Below, piece by piece: positions 19,580 through 29,495 of a stretch of DNA of 64,000 bases (the stretch's first letter is position 1; each line of letters begins with the position of its first letter). The notes beneath the pieces are model-generated. The model had not been told where the DNA came from and did no database searches. It worked only from the letters and a program-made list of their open reading frames with translations. The stretch covers positions 128,001 to 192,000 of the forward strand of contig JAUVNS010000011.1 of assembly GCA_030599585.1 (NCBI GenBank), read 5' to 3'. The position numbers and the translations under genes are program-made. Source of the DNA: Promethearchaeota archaeon. Its GTDB lineage: Archaea; Asgardarchaeota; Lokiarchaeia; Sigyniarchaeales; SOKP01.

Positions 19580-22500
19580 TTAATTTTCTTCAATAGTAGG
19601 GGGTACATCCGGAAGTTCGAGTAACCTTTTTGCTTCTTCTTCTAAATCGACACTAAAAATGTCGGTGATACCGCTTTGTTGCATGGAGACACCGTATATG
19701 CGATCTGCGTTAACTATATTCTCTTCACGATGACTTATTACCAAAAATTGCGCTTGTCTGGCAAATTCTTTGATTACTACACTTACTCTATGAACATTGG
19801 GCCCATCTAATGCTGCATCTATCTCATCCATAATATAAAATGGCGCAGGATAAAATTCCTGAACAGCAAAAATAAATGACAAAGCAACGAGTGTTTTTTC
19901 TCCTCCGCTCAGTATTTCTAAACTGGAGATACGCTTCCCACGAGGTCTAGCTTCTATGCTACATCCACCTTCAAAAGGTTTATCTGGTCTGTCGAGAATC
20001 ATTTTTGCAGATCCCCCCGGTGAAAGCTTCTGAAATATGCGAGCAAACTCACGATTAATTTCGTGGTAAGCCTTCATGAATGTTCGAGTTTTTTCCAATT
20101 CGATTTTTTCAATAGCGTCGAGAATTGCTTTTCGTTCACGTTGTATTGTTTGCCTTCTCATATCTATTTCGTCAAATCTTTCTTTTACAGTATCATATTG
20201 CGTAATAGCTTTTAAGTTAACTGGTTCCAAAGCTTTTTTCTTGTTAGTAGCTGTAGAAATATCTGATTGTAACCCGGATTCTGAAAGCTCGTCAGTCACT
20301 ACCGGCAATGCGCCGTAATCCTTCGATCTCTGGTAAAGAGTTTCTATTTGATCTGTAGTAATAATCTTTTTTGATTCAAAATTGTTTAGTTTTGAATTTT
20401 GCATAGAAATATCAGAGCGTAGGTCGTTTATTACTTTCTGATAATTTTTTTGTTTTTGCCAGGATATATCTTTTCCTTGAATCTGTTTATTAATTTCTTC
20501 CTGTTTTACGTTCTTTTTGTCTTCTTCTTGTTTTAATTCAGTTTCAATGTTTTCAATGTCTTTTACTATTAATTCTATTTGTTTCTCAGTTTCTTTAATG
20601 TCTTGGTTAAGAGATATTATTTTTTGTTCTCGTTCTTTATTTTTATTTAATTCGTTTAATTTTGCTTGTATTTTTTGAAGATCTTTATTGAATTTATTTA
20701 ATTCTTTTTGAACTTTCTTTTGAGCTTCCAACTCTTTGTTTTTATCTTCTCTTAAAGCATCTATGACTAATTGAATTTCAGTGACTTTCTTTTGTACCTC
20801 ATCTACTTGAGTATTAAAACCCTCAACATCTAGAGTACAAGTTTTAATATTTGCTTTAGCTTCCAAGTTTTCCTTAGCTAGTTCTTCAATTGAATTGATA
20901 ACCATCATAACATTTTCAAGTGCTCTTAGGTTATCCATTGTACTTTCTAATTTTTTATTCTGATCACCAATGTGTGCCCTTAACTTTTCGGTATTCTCCC
21001 AAAACTTATTTTTTTCTAAAATATTAGAATCGATTTTTAATGTTAAAGCTTCTTGTTCTAAATTGAGATTTTTAATGTTTTCTTCAGTGTTTATTATGGT
21101 ATTTTTCTTATTTTCTATATTTGAATTTAATTCTTGGACATTTTTCTCAATATCAATAATCTTTTCATAAAAATTTTGTATTCCTTGCAATTCTTGAAGT
21201 CTTTTTTGCAGATCGTCTAATCCTTGTTGCTTTACTTCTATATTTTTCTTGATGGTAGAAACTTTATCCCAGTAATCCTCTTTGAGTTGTTTTAAATTGT
21301 TTATTTCTTCATTGAAATTTTCTTTTTGTTTTTCTCTTATTACATTATTCCTCTGTTTAACCTCAGCATCAGATTTTTCGATTTTTTCAAGTAATTCAGT
21401 GATTCTTTTATTAACTTTTTCTAACCTCTTATTAGTAACTGATAAATCGTCAGAATCATGTTTTTCTTGAGTATTTATCCGGGTTAAATCTTTCTCAATT
21501 TTGTTTAGATCTACATTTTGAGATGCAATATTTTCAGTAATCTCTTCAAGCTGTTTATACTGCTCTTGGGATTTTGACATGGTGAGTTTTCGCAATGATA
21601 AGTATACATTCTCAAGAATTTCCATTAAATCTTGCACAAAGCTATCAAATGTTGATGTAGATTGTTGAATCTCTACATCAGCAGTTTCCTTTACAGAATC
21701 AATTAACTGATCTATCGTGGTATCAACATTTTCAGTAAAAAGAGTTAATGTCTGAAGTATAGACTTGAGAGTTTCAGACACTTCAGCATCCTCTGGTTTC
21801 TGTTCTGCTTCTGCTTCAGCTTCAGAGCTTACGTCTTCAATCGTCGTCATAATATCAATAATGTCAAGGACAAATTGTTTAAAGTTGACCGCTGATGTAT
21901 CAATTGCCTCAGCGTTAGACTGTTGAATGTTACTCTTGATAGATTCAACGGATATATTGATATTCTGAGTTAGCATGTTCAGTATTTGGAGGATTCCGGT
22001 TATATCTTCAGTATTTCTTTCGTATTCTTTTTCTGTATTTTCTATTTTAGCTAACAAATTATTTTTCTCAGTGGTTAGCTCTCCTAACCGTCTTTGAATA
22101 TTATCTTTTTTTTTATTAAGCCCTTCTGATTCAGAGCTAATTTTAGTTAAATTTGCGTTCAGAGTTGACGATTTTAATTCTAAATCTTGTTTTTCTCTCT
22201 CAAGATTTGTCAATTCTTTTTTTAATAGATTTGACCTCGTATTAATATTATCAATTTTAGTTTTGTTATCATTAATTTCTGATTCAATAGAATCTTGTTT
22301 CATTAACAATAATTCTAAATCTTGTTCATTTTTTCTATAAATAGAATCTTCATCTTTTAATTGTTGTCGATAACTGTTTAATTCGTTAGTTAGCGTGTCT
22401 TTTTCCTTTAAAAGCTCTTTTAATGCCTCTTCTGTGTCTTTCCCTTTACTTAATTCTTTGATTTTTTCTTCAGTTTTAATTTTATCTGAGTTCAATGTCT

Positions 22501-24049
22501 CTATCCTATCGGTGTTCATCTTAATCTCTGTAGTTAGTGACGATAACATAGATTTAAAATCTGTTGCCTTTGAATTAAGTTTGTTCTTATCTTCTTGTAG
22601 GGTTATAATAATTTTCTCTAGATCTTGTTGATTTTCGTTCTCTTTTGAGATTTTTATATTCAAGTCATTAATTTCTTTTCTTGTGGCTTCAGCTTCATTT
22701 TTTGTGTTGGCTATCGCATCTTCAATGCTTTCTGATTCTCCTTTTAATTTGCTAAGATCTAGTTCTAATTTCTGTTTTTTTCCTTCGTTTTTTTTAATAT
22801 TTTCTTTCAGAATTTTAATTTGAGCTTTATTCGATGAAATATTTTGCTTTATAATGGAGATTTCTCCATTAAATCCTGTTTTTACATCGCTTTGATCTTT
22901 AATTTTTGCATCAATATCAGCTTGTTTTTGATGTTTACTTTCTATTTCTGCTTTTGCTGCTTCAATCTGGCTCTCTGTATCTGCTACAACCTTCCTTTCT
23001 GATTCAATTAAAGAATCAAATGTTTGATCTTCATCAAGAACCATCTGTAATTTTTCCAATGTATTAATTTCTTGAGAAATTTTTTCAACTGACTTATTTG
23101 CGAGGGTTAAAGATGTTTGATTTGAAGATTGTTGTGTTTTAAGATGAGTAATTTTTTCAGTGATTATTTCCCTTTCTTTTTCTTTTTCAGTTATGGTTTT
23201 TTGAATATTTTCCATAACCAATGATTCTTGTTTTATAATGTCATCCTGTCTTGTTAATTTTTCTTTTAACTCTTCTAAAATTGTATTAGATTCTTCAATA
23301 CTTTTTTCTAGATCATTTTCTTCCTTCCTTAATTTCTCAATCTTTAATGCTATCAATTGAGCGTTGTATAAGTCGATTTGTTCATCTAACTCTTTCCATG
23401 CCAAAGCATCATTCTTTTCCTTTTCTACTTTCTTTAATTGAGAAGAAACTTCTTTGAAAATTGCTTCAAATTGGCCTAGATCTCTTTCAGCCTTCTCTAA
23501 TTCCTTCATAGTTCCATCTTTCATCTCATCGTATTTCTGTAGGCCAATAAGTTCTTCTATAAATATTCTACGGGCTACCGGGTTCATGTGAGTTAATTCT
23601 ACTATTTTCCCTTGCAGAACGAATTGATTGCTTCCATCAGGATCTACATTTGCTGCTGCAAGAGCATTAAGAATTTGAGTTCTAGTGGATTTTTTACCGT
23701 TCATCTTATAACCTCCACCCCCACCTCGTTGAATTGTTCGAGTAACTTCAAATGTTTCTGTTCCACCTGGAAAGATTTCCTCTGAGTTATCGAAATATAA
23801 TGTAACCGAAGCTCTATTTGAAGGGTTTTTTCCTCGGGATCCGGCAAAAATCAAATCTTCAAGGCTCTTAGCTCTCATAGTTTTTTTGCTTAGCCTACCT
23901 AGAGCAAACGTTAAAGCGTCAATAATATTAGATTTTCCTGCACCATTTGGGCCTACTATACATGTAAAACCACTCGAAAGTCTAAGAGTAACAGTTCTGT
24001 CACCAAATGATTTAAATCCGGTCATAGAAATTTTTTTGATGTAAGTCAA
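19580..24049 (-). CDS. smc: SMC chromosome segregation ATPase, extra long, non-canonical hinge
   Basis: GFKSF, Walker A GPNGAGKS, Q-loop FVLQG, PVNLKA, LSGGEK, Walker B/D-loop IMDEIDAALD, ISHR; long coiled coils. Confidence 0.95.
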   Translation of the reverse strand: MTYIKKISMTGFKSFGDRTVTLRLSSGFTCIVGPNGAGKSNIIDALTFALGRLSKKTMRAKSLEDLIFAGSRGKNPSNRASVTLYFDNSEEIFPGGTETFEVTRTIQRGGGGGYKMNGKKSTRTQILNALAAANVDPDGSNQFVLQGKIVELTHMNPVARRIFIEELIGLQKYDEMKDGTMKELEKAERDLGQFEAIFKEVSSQLKKVEKEKNDALAWKELDEQIDLYNAQLIALKIEKLRKEENDLEKSIEESNTILEELKEKLTRQDDIIKQESLVMENIQKTITEKEKEREIITEKITHLKTQQSSNQTSLTLANKSVEKISQEINTLEKLQMVLDEDQTFDSLIESERKVVADTESQIEAAKAEIESKHQKQADIDAKIKDQSDVKTGFNGEISIIKQNISSNKAQIKILKENIKKNEGKKQKLELDLSKLKGESESIEDAIANTKNEAEATRKEINDLNIKISKENENQQDLEKIIITLQEDKNKLNSKATDFKSMLSSLTTEIKMNTDRIETLNSDKIKTEEKIKELSKGKDTEEALKELLKEKDTLTNELNSYRQQLKDEDSIYRKNEQDLELLLMKQDSIESEINDNKTKIDNINTRSNLLKKELTNLEREKQDLELKSSTLNANLTKISSESEGLNKKKDNIQRRLGELTTEKNNLLAKIENTEKEYERNTEDITGILQILNMLTQNINISVESIKSNIQQSNAEAIDTSAVNFKQFVLDIIDIMTTIEDVSSEAEAEAEQKPEDAEVSETLKSILQTLTLFTENVDTTIDQLIDSVKETADVEIQQSTSTFDSFVQDLMEILENVYLSLRKLTMSKSQEQYKQLEEITENIASQNVDLNKIEKDLTRINTQEKHDSDDLSVTNKRLEKVNKRITELLEKIEKSDAEVKQRNNVIREKQKENFNEEINNLKQLKEDYWDKVSTIKKNIEVKQQGLDDLQKRLQELQGIQNFYEKIIDIEKNVQELNSNIENKKNTIINTEENIKNLNLEQEALTLKIDSNILEKNKFWENTEKLRAHIGDQNKKLESTMDNLRALENVMMVINSIEELAKENLEAKANIKTCTLDVEGFNTQVDEVQKKVTEIQLVIDALREDKNKELEAQKKVQKELNKFNKDLQKIQAKLNELNKNKEREQKIISLNQDIKETEKQIELIVKDIENIETELKQEEDKKNVKQEEINKQIQGKDISWQKQKNYQKVINDLRSDISMQNSKLNNFESKKIITTDQIETLYQRSKDYGALPVVTDELSESGLQSDISTATNKKKALEPVNLKAITQYDTVKERFDEIDMRRQTIQRERKAILDAIEKIELEKTRTFMKAYHEINREFARIFQKLSPGGSAKMILDRPDKPFEGGCSIEARPRGKRISSLEILSGGEKTLVALSFIFAVQEFYPAPFYIMDEIDAALDGPNVHRVSVVIKEFARQAQFLVISHREENIVNADRIYGVSMQQSGITDIFSVDLEEEAKRLLELPDVPPTIEEN

Positions 24050-24203
24050 ATTTGAATCGCCATTTCATTCATTCTTTTATAAAATAAAGTATGATTTCAT
24101 CTATTTATATGCTCGGGATATGAATGTTAGGATTCTTGTTTTTAACATAATTTTGAATCTATGCAATTTGAAGCATTATTCAAGTTCTTAAAATTAAAAA
24201 AAA

Positions 24204-25388
24204 TTAGTGTTTGGTGAAGATAGCATCCATGATAGGTTTTAGTTGCTTTGGGTTTATGACCATAAAGTAATTATCATAGTTCAAGACGTTGTCGTTAAAG
24301 TAACGAAAATTATTTACATTATTTTTTTTTGAAGCATTTAATATCCCTATATTGCGCAAATTAACGATTAAATGTTTAAATTCCTCTATATTCTTTTCAT
24401 AATCTATTGATTCACAAGTTACATAGTACAGTTCTCTTAATTCCTGGATAGTTATATAAAGATTTGCTTTTTTTAGAAAATAATTAGACAAATTATCCAG
24501 AAAAATTAAATTTAACAGATCTGACTCTGAGATATAGCTTACCATACTGAATTCATCTGTAATTTGAAGGGTGTCAAATTGATTTTGAAGAATATCATAA
24601 ATCTCGAACTTTTTCAAAGTAATTTTTTGATTTAAAACAGGATAAAGCTCTCTTAAAATTTCGATACCTTTTCCGGGAACAGGTACATGGTGCTCGAAAA
24701 TTAAATCAGTAATTAAATCTATTAACTCGTTATCTATCTCATTTTTGAAAGCCAATGAAATTCTTTGCTTTATAATGTCGTTAAGCTCGGAGAATGAAAA
24801 ATAATCTAACTTCTTCTTAAAGTCAAATTCACTCATAATTTCTAGGATAGACGATCTTAAAACTTGATTACCCGTAGATATTACATTAATTTTGTTTTCT
24901 TTGCCGTATTTTAAAAATTTTTTAAAAGCCTCTGGTTGTATGTGTTCAATGTTATTAAACACTATGGTGATATTATGGTCTACTTTTCTACATACAAGCT
25001 TAAATAAGTTCCATAAATCCAAGATAGATGAATTTAGGAACGATTTATAATCAAAATTGATGTTCTTTCTACTTCCAACTTCAGCTATTAACGAAACTAA
25101 AATCTCTTCCACACTTTTTTCTGAACAATCAATTTGGATTTTTATAAGTTCAGGATTTAAAGTAGATATGTCGTTCAAGACCGAATTTACAATGACCTTT
25201 TTCCCTATACCTTGGATTCCTTGAAATAATATATTCAGTTGAAATTCATCATGTAATGAATCTTTAAGAATTGAATAGAGCGCTTTTTCTTCCGTTTTCC
25301 GATGTAATATTTTAGGAGGAATGTAGGTCTGATCAAATAACGCTCTTGGACCTACAAATTCGTTATTTATCCTTTGTGCAGAAATCAT
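24204..25388 (-). CDS. Degenerate Orc1/Cdc6-like AAA+ / winged-helix protein
   Basis: LFDQTYIPPKILHR, GIQGIGKK, IDC, YFSFSELNDIIKQR, C-terminal wH LRNIGIL; Walker B reads VFNNIE. Confidence 0.72.
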   Translation of the reverse strand: MISAQRINNEFVGPRALFDQTYIPPKILHRKTEEKALYSILKDSLHDEFQLNILFQGIQGIGKKVIVNSVLNDISTLNPELIKIQIDCSEKSVEEILVSLIAEVGSRKNINFDYKSFLNSSILDLWNLFKLVCRKVDHNITIVFNNIEHIQPEAFKKFLKYGKENKINVISTGNQVLRSSILEIMSEFDFKKKLDYFSFSELNDIIKQRISLAFKNEIDNELIDLITDLIFEHHVPVPGKGIEILRELYPVLNQKITLKKFEIYDILQNQFDTLQITDEFSMVSYISESDLLNLIFLDNLSNYFLKKANLYITIQELRELYYVTCESIDYEKNIEEFKHLIVNLRNIGILNASKKNNVNNFRYFNDNVLNYDNYFMVINPKQLKPIMDAIFTKH

Positions 25389-25557
25389 TTTCTTTTTTAT
25401 TTTTTATTTTTTATTATTAATTTAAAAATTCATATTTAAACCCCCCGGGAGATAGGTCATTGGATCTAAAAATGCTCCTATTTAAAATTGAAAAAAAGTT
25501 TACAAATTGATAAAGAATTAGAACCAAAGTTAAGAAAAGTTTATGATTAACCTATTT

Positions 25558-26373
25558 TTAATTAGTTTTTCTTACGTTAATTGCATTTTTATCTATAACT
25601 TCTTTAAATCTCAATTTTCTCAGCTTTTTTGGAAATGCTAAATCAATCTCATCGTATACATATCCACTCGAATCAATGGGGCCTTCAATTACTCTTAGTT
25701 TTGAAGGCGATATAAAATCTTTTTCAAACGATATTATTTTACTATTTCCTGGAAACTTCCTTTTCAAGATCGTCCCAAAAGTGTTACATGCTACAACTGG
25801 TATCCTGTTTTCCAGAGCTCGAGTTTTTAAATATGTCTTCCAATTTACCATCCCATCTACGCTAATTTGCGTAGGAGAAAATAATATATCCGCCCCGTTT
25901 TCTGCAGAGATTCTAGGAGTTTCAAAAAACGCCATGTCAAAACAAATTAAAATTGTAAAACTGATTTTTTTAAATGAAAAAATTATTAATTCTTTACCTG
26001 GTTCAAAGTTAAGCTGTTCATATGAATAAAGATGTATTTTATCTTGTCTATCTATCTCATCTCCATTATTATCAAAGAAATAGCTAGTGATTCTTGGTTT
26101 AGCTGAATCTTTTCTTTTTTCCCATAAAGCTCCTGAAATTATTCCTATTCCGTAATCTTTTGCTAAATTTTTTATAAATTTATAATTGTTTCCCCTTTCT
26201 TTTTGTATATTAAGTTCTTTTTTATTAATAGGCGATGTCCATCTTTCTGGTAAACAAATAATATCACAATTATTATGGTGCTTAATAAGAGATTTTAATA
26301 TTTTTTCTACTTCAGAGTAACTTTTATCTGTTTGGGGTAAAATTTCTGGTTGAATACAAGCAAGATGTATCAT
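25558..26373 (-). CDS. Carbon-nitrogen hydrolase (nitrilase superfamily)
   Basis: Catalytic triad contexts LPE, DKIHL, ICFD; RALEN. Confidence 0.9.
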   Translation of the reverse strand: MIHLACIQPEILPQTDKSYSEVEKILKSLIKHHNNCDIICLPERWTSPINKKELNIQKERGNNYKFIKNLAKDYGIGIISGALWEKRKDSAKPRITSYFFDNNGDEIDRQDKIHLYSYEQLNFEPGKELIIFSFKKISFTILICFDMAFFETPRISAENGADILFSPTQISVDGMVNWKTYLKTRALENRIPVVACNTFGTILKRKFPGNSKIISFEKDFISPSKLRVIEGPIDSSGYVYDEIDLAFPKKLRKLRFKEVIDKNAINVRKTN

Positions 26374-27128
26374 TAGACTTTTCCAATATAAAATTTTTGA
26401 TTGATATCATTGATAATATTGAAAAGTTCATCTAACCTTGAAATTTCATGATCAGGTTTGTTTTCTTCAGAAATAGTTTCACCTGTAACATTGGTATCAT
26501 ATTTTCCACCACGATGAATGTAAACGCTGTGGATTTTATTAAAATTAGCTGGTATTATATCCTTGTAAATATTATCTCCAACATAAATAGTTTCGTGCCC
26601 CTTTACCTTAAATTTCTTTAAACAATAAGAAAATAGCTCAGGATTTGGTTTTCTTATCCCAATTTCATCAGAAATTACAACTAGATCAATCAAATCGTCT
26701 ATCCCAAGTCGTAGAATCTTCTCATATTGTTTGATAGGAATTCCATCCGTTATAATAGCTGTTTTAATTGAAGATTTTTTAAGGTTTTCTAAGGTTTTTA
26801 AAACATCGTTGTAGAGTTGAATGTGTTTAATTTTTTGACCATGGTAAGCCATTACCGCTGTTGTAATGTATCTAACTTGCTCGTTAAAACTAATTGCATA
26901 ATTTTCATATAGGGTTAATCTCCTGATAAAGTAATCATAGTGTTTTGAAGAATTAGAACCGTATTCATCGACGATTTCTTGGATTAAGATCAAGGCTTTT
27001 TGTCTCTCAATTTTTAACCCTATGCTCAACATCGCGTCTATACCTTTAATTCTTGCTCTTTGAGAGAGACCAGTTGAATCGAAAAGGCAGTCATCGAGGT
27101 CAAATCCTACAAGTTTTATAGGGCACAT
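26373..27128 (-). CDS. HAD-family hydrolase (TIGR02253-like)
   Basis: FDLDDCL, ITDG, KPNPELF, YVGDNIYKDI. Confidence 0.9.
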   Translation of the reverse strand: MCPIKLVGFDLDDCLFDSTGLSQRARIKGIDAMLSIGLKIERQKALILIQEIVDEYGSNSSKHYDYFIRRLTLYENYAISFNEQVRYITTAVMAYHGQKIKHIQLYNDVLKTLENLKKSSIKTAIITDGIPIKQYEKILRLGIDDLIDLVVISDEIGIRKPNPELFSYCLKKFKVKGHETIYVGDNIYKDIIPANFNKIHSVYIHRGGKYDTNVTGETISEENKPDHEISRLDELFNIINDINQKFYIGKV

Positions 27129-27278
27129 TAGCTCTTAGAAAAAACCTTAAATTAGATTTAATTGAAATAAATTTATTTATTTTTACGAATATATAACCTT
27201 TAATATTAATTTATTCTATGTAAAACTTAAATTAGTTTGAAGAGATTTTTACAACAATATTTAACGGAGATTCATTAA

Positions 27279-28439
27279 TTGAAACCTATTGTCGCTTTAT
27301 CTTATTTTCATCGAAAGATTGGTCCACTAGTCTTTTATTCATATCCCGAAAATATGCTAGATGAACATCTTTCAACAAGAATAGCAAACATAATGGATCA
27401 AACAGTAAGCGAAGGATTTTTTACTCATTCTTTTGAACAAAATATTTCAAACAACAACTATTTTGAAATTCATTCTGATTGGGCTCGTGGAAATAAGGAA
27501 ATGTTAATGGTCTCTATAATTTTTGATCAACAAATAAATTTGGAAATAGAGCAAAATGTAAACATTTTATGCACGGAATTTATTGAAAAATTACTCTCTA
27601 ACGAGGAAATTTTCACTGCGTTTTATGTAAATGATATAAATAATTTTGAGGAACATGACAAAGACCTTATCTATAAACACAATTCTTTGATAAAATTATG
27701 GGTTAAGGAATTATATTGGGCAGCACTTGAAGATACTCGAGAAAAAAGCGAGGAAGAGAAGATTGCAACCTTACTAAATAAAAGACACGTCTTTTTGATG
27801 TTAAAAAAACTTTCAAAAGGCCCAATTGCTTTAGATGGATTAAGAGAATGGTATAACACTACATTTCCAAAATTAGATTTTAAAGAGTTAATCGATACTT
27901 TAGTCTCTAAACAGTTTATTTTCATAAATCAAATTGGGATTGTAGAAAAGTACGTGTTATTATTGAAGGAAGTTAATGCTGAAAGAATCCCTCCCGATAG
28001 TGTAATTGAATATATTGACGAAAACCCCGATTTAATTGAACTTGAATTAATCGAATTATTACTCCCAAAAGTACAGGAGTATTTTAGTATTTACGAAAAT
28101 AAAAATAAAAAAGAATTGGAGGAAGATACATTCGCTTTATTTCAGATTGTTTCTGATCCAAAAAAATACAGTCTACTATCAGAATTAAGAAATGGGCTAA
28201 TTTCAAAAGATAAATTACCGAAATTAATCTCAAAAAGAGCACTTGACCACCTCAACTCTTCGTTGTCCTTCCTAAAGAAATATGATGTAATTGAAGAATT
28301 AAAATATAAAGACGAGCGATATATTTTTTTAAAAACTAACATTCAGATCACAACCGCTTTTCCCGAATACTTGAGAAAATCATTGCCTCAGGAATCTAAA
28401 CCAGTAATTGCAAAAAAATATAAACCTAAAGGAGATTAA
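27279..28439 (+). CDS. Longin/uDENN-like domain protein with C-terminal winged-helix-like regions
   Basis: N-terminal IVALSYFHRKIGPLVFYSYP (F..x.GP longin/uDENN start) and ARG motif; ORF itself is clear. Confidence 0.55.
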   Translation: MKPIVALSYFHRKIGPLVFYSYPENMLDEHLSTRIANIMDQTVSEGFFTHSFEQNISNNNYFEIHSDWARGNKEMLMVSIIFDQQINLEIEQNVNILCTEFIEKLLSNEEIFTAFYVNDINNFEEHDKDLIYKHNSLIKLWVKELYWAALEDTREKSEEEKIATLLNKRHVFLMLKKLSKGPIALDGLREWYNTTFPKLDFKELIDTLVSKQFIFINQIGIVEKYVLLLKEVNAERIPPDSVIEYIDENPDLIELELIELLLPKVQEYFSIYENKNKKELEEDTFALFQIVSDPKKYSLLSELRNGLISKDKLPKLISKRALDHLNSSLSFLKKYDVIEELKYKDERYIFLKTNIQITTAFPEYLRKSLPQESKPVIAKKYKPKGD

Positions 28440-28445
28440 GAATCT

Positions 28446-28697
28446 TTGAGTAAGGGAGAAGAATCCATTCAGGAGTTAAAATGCTTACTTGGGAATATGG
28501 GGGTTGAAATATTTTTCGCAATCGAAAAGGGAGCTAAAGACTATGAGAGTATGAAAATATTCTCTGGATTACCAATGGCTTGTATTAAAGGACGGGTACC
28601 AGTTCTCCTCGAATTAAAGCTTGTAAAAAAAAATATTGAAGGCTATATTTTAACGGAAAAGGGTTGGGACTTTAAGGAAAAGATCGAAAACGACTAA
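28446..28697 (+). CDS. Small winged-helix protein
   Basis: LLELKLV...GYILTEKG wing motif; GGAG RBS. Confidence 0.6.
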   Translation: MSKGEESIQELKCLLGNMGVEIFFAIEKGAKDYESMKIFSGLPMACIKGRVPVLLELKLVKKNIEGYILTEKGWDFKEKIEND

Positions 28698-28710
28698 TTA
28701 ATAAATTTAA

Positions 28711-28781
28711 ATTTCAGTTTGGGGCGACAACGTCATCGCTTTGAGCAAAAGCTCTTTCGATTGTCATAAGTTCATCATTAA
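28711..28781 (-). ncRNA. Box C/D guide sRNA, predicted to target the 23S rRNA P-loop (Gm2251 equivalent)
   Basis: C box ATGATGA 28778-72; D' TCGA 28760-57; hairpin GAGC-TTTT-GCTC; C' GCGATGA 28739-33; D guide CGTTGTCGCCCCAAA; D box CTGA 28717-14. Confidence 0.8.
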
Positions 28782-28798
28782 TCTAAATTCTTATTGTT

Positions 28799-29293
28799 TT
28801 ATAATTCTTCGTCAGTTAAATTTTTTTTCCTAAAGAATTTCCTTTCGTAATATCCTGGTGTTTTTAAACCACCATATTCAAGAATTAGTTCTTTTAATCC
28901 CCCCTCTTTTTTTATACGTTTTTTTATTCTGTGATAATCTTGGGGACTTAATTCTTTTTGTTCTAAAAGAAAATCCAATATTTTTAAAGCATCTTCAGTG
29001 TCTATACATCTTCTAAGGAAGTCAACCGTTCCAGGATTTTTTAATTCTTCGTAAAAGGGTTCTTTTGGATGCTTTACAATCTCTGCTTGTTCATGCTCGA
29101 TATCATCGTTTACTCCTTCGATCTTGAGAGTTTTTTTTTTAACAGATAATTCATGCATTAATCGAGGAAATTGAGCCTCTAAATCGCTTTTATCGTATGA
29201 AAGGTTCAATCCTTCTTCATCGTTGATTTCAAGATTTTTCTTCAATTTATTCTCTAAAGTTTTTTTCACTTTGTTTTTTTCTTCTTCTTTCAT
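28799..29293 (-). CDS. DUF2095 family archaeal protein
   Basis: FPRLMHEL, PGTVDFLRRC...ALKILDFL, GYYER. Confidence 0.75.
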   Translation of the reverse strand: MKEEEKNKVKKTLENKLKKNLEINDEEGLNLSYDKSDLEAQFPRLMHELSVKKKTLKIEGVNDDIEHEQAEIVKHPKEPFYEELKNPGTVDFLRRCIDTEDALKILDFLLEQKELSPQDYHRIKKRIKKEGGLKELILEYGGLKTPGYYERKFFRKKNLTDEEL

Positions 29294-29495
29294 TTTCTTA
29301 ATTGCATTTTTATTTCTTCTGATATTTTTCTTATTTTTTATGTTCCAAGTGATAAAACATTCTAGGTTCTATTATGTATTATCATAAATTTAAAACTATA
29401 AAATTATTAACAATCATATAAAAAGAAGAAATAATAAAATTAATTAATTTTACATTATTTCAACATTTATAAAACTATTGGAGTTTGCCTAAATC

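Noticed and set aside
25389-25557. Replication origin upstream of the cdc6-like gene
   Set aside because: Only one degenerate G-string element without the GGAAA half, and no inverted partner.
28720-28770. Hairpin read as a SECIS element
   Set aside because: Flanking genes have no in-frame TGA; C/D boxes and the rRNA-complementary guide explain it better.
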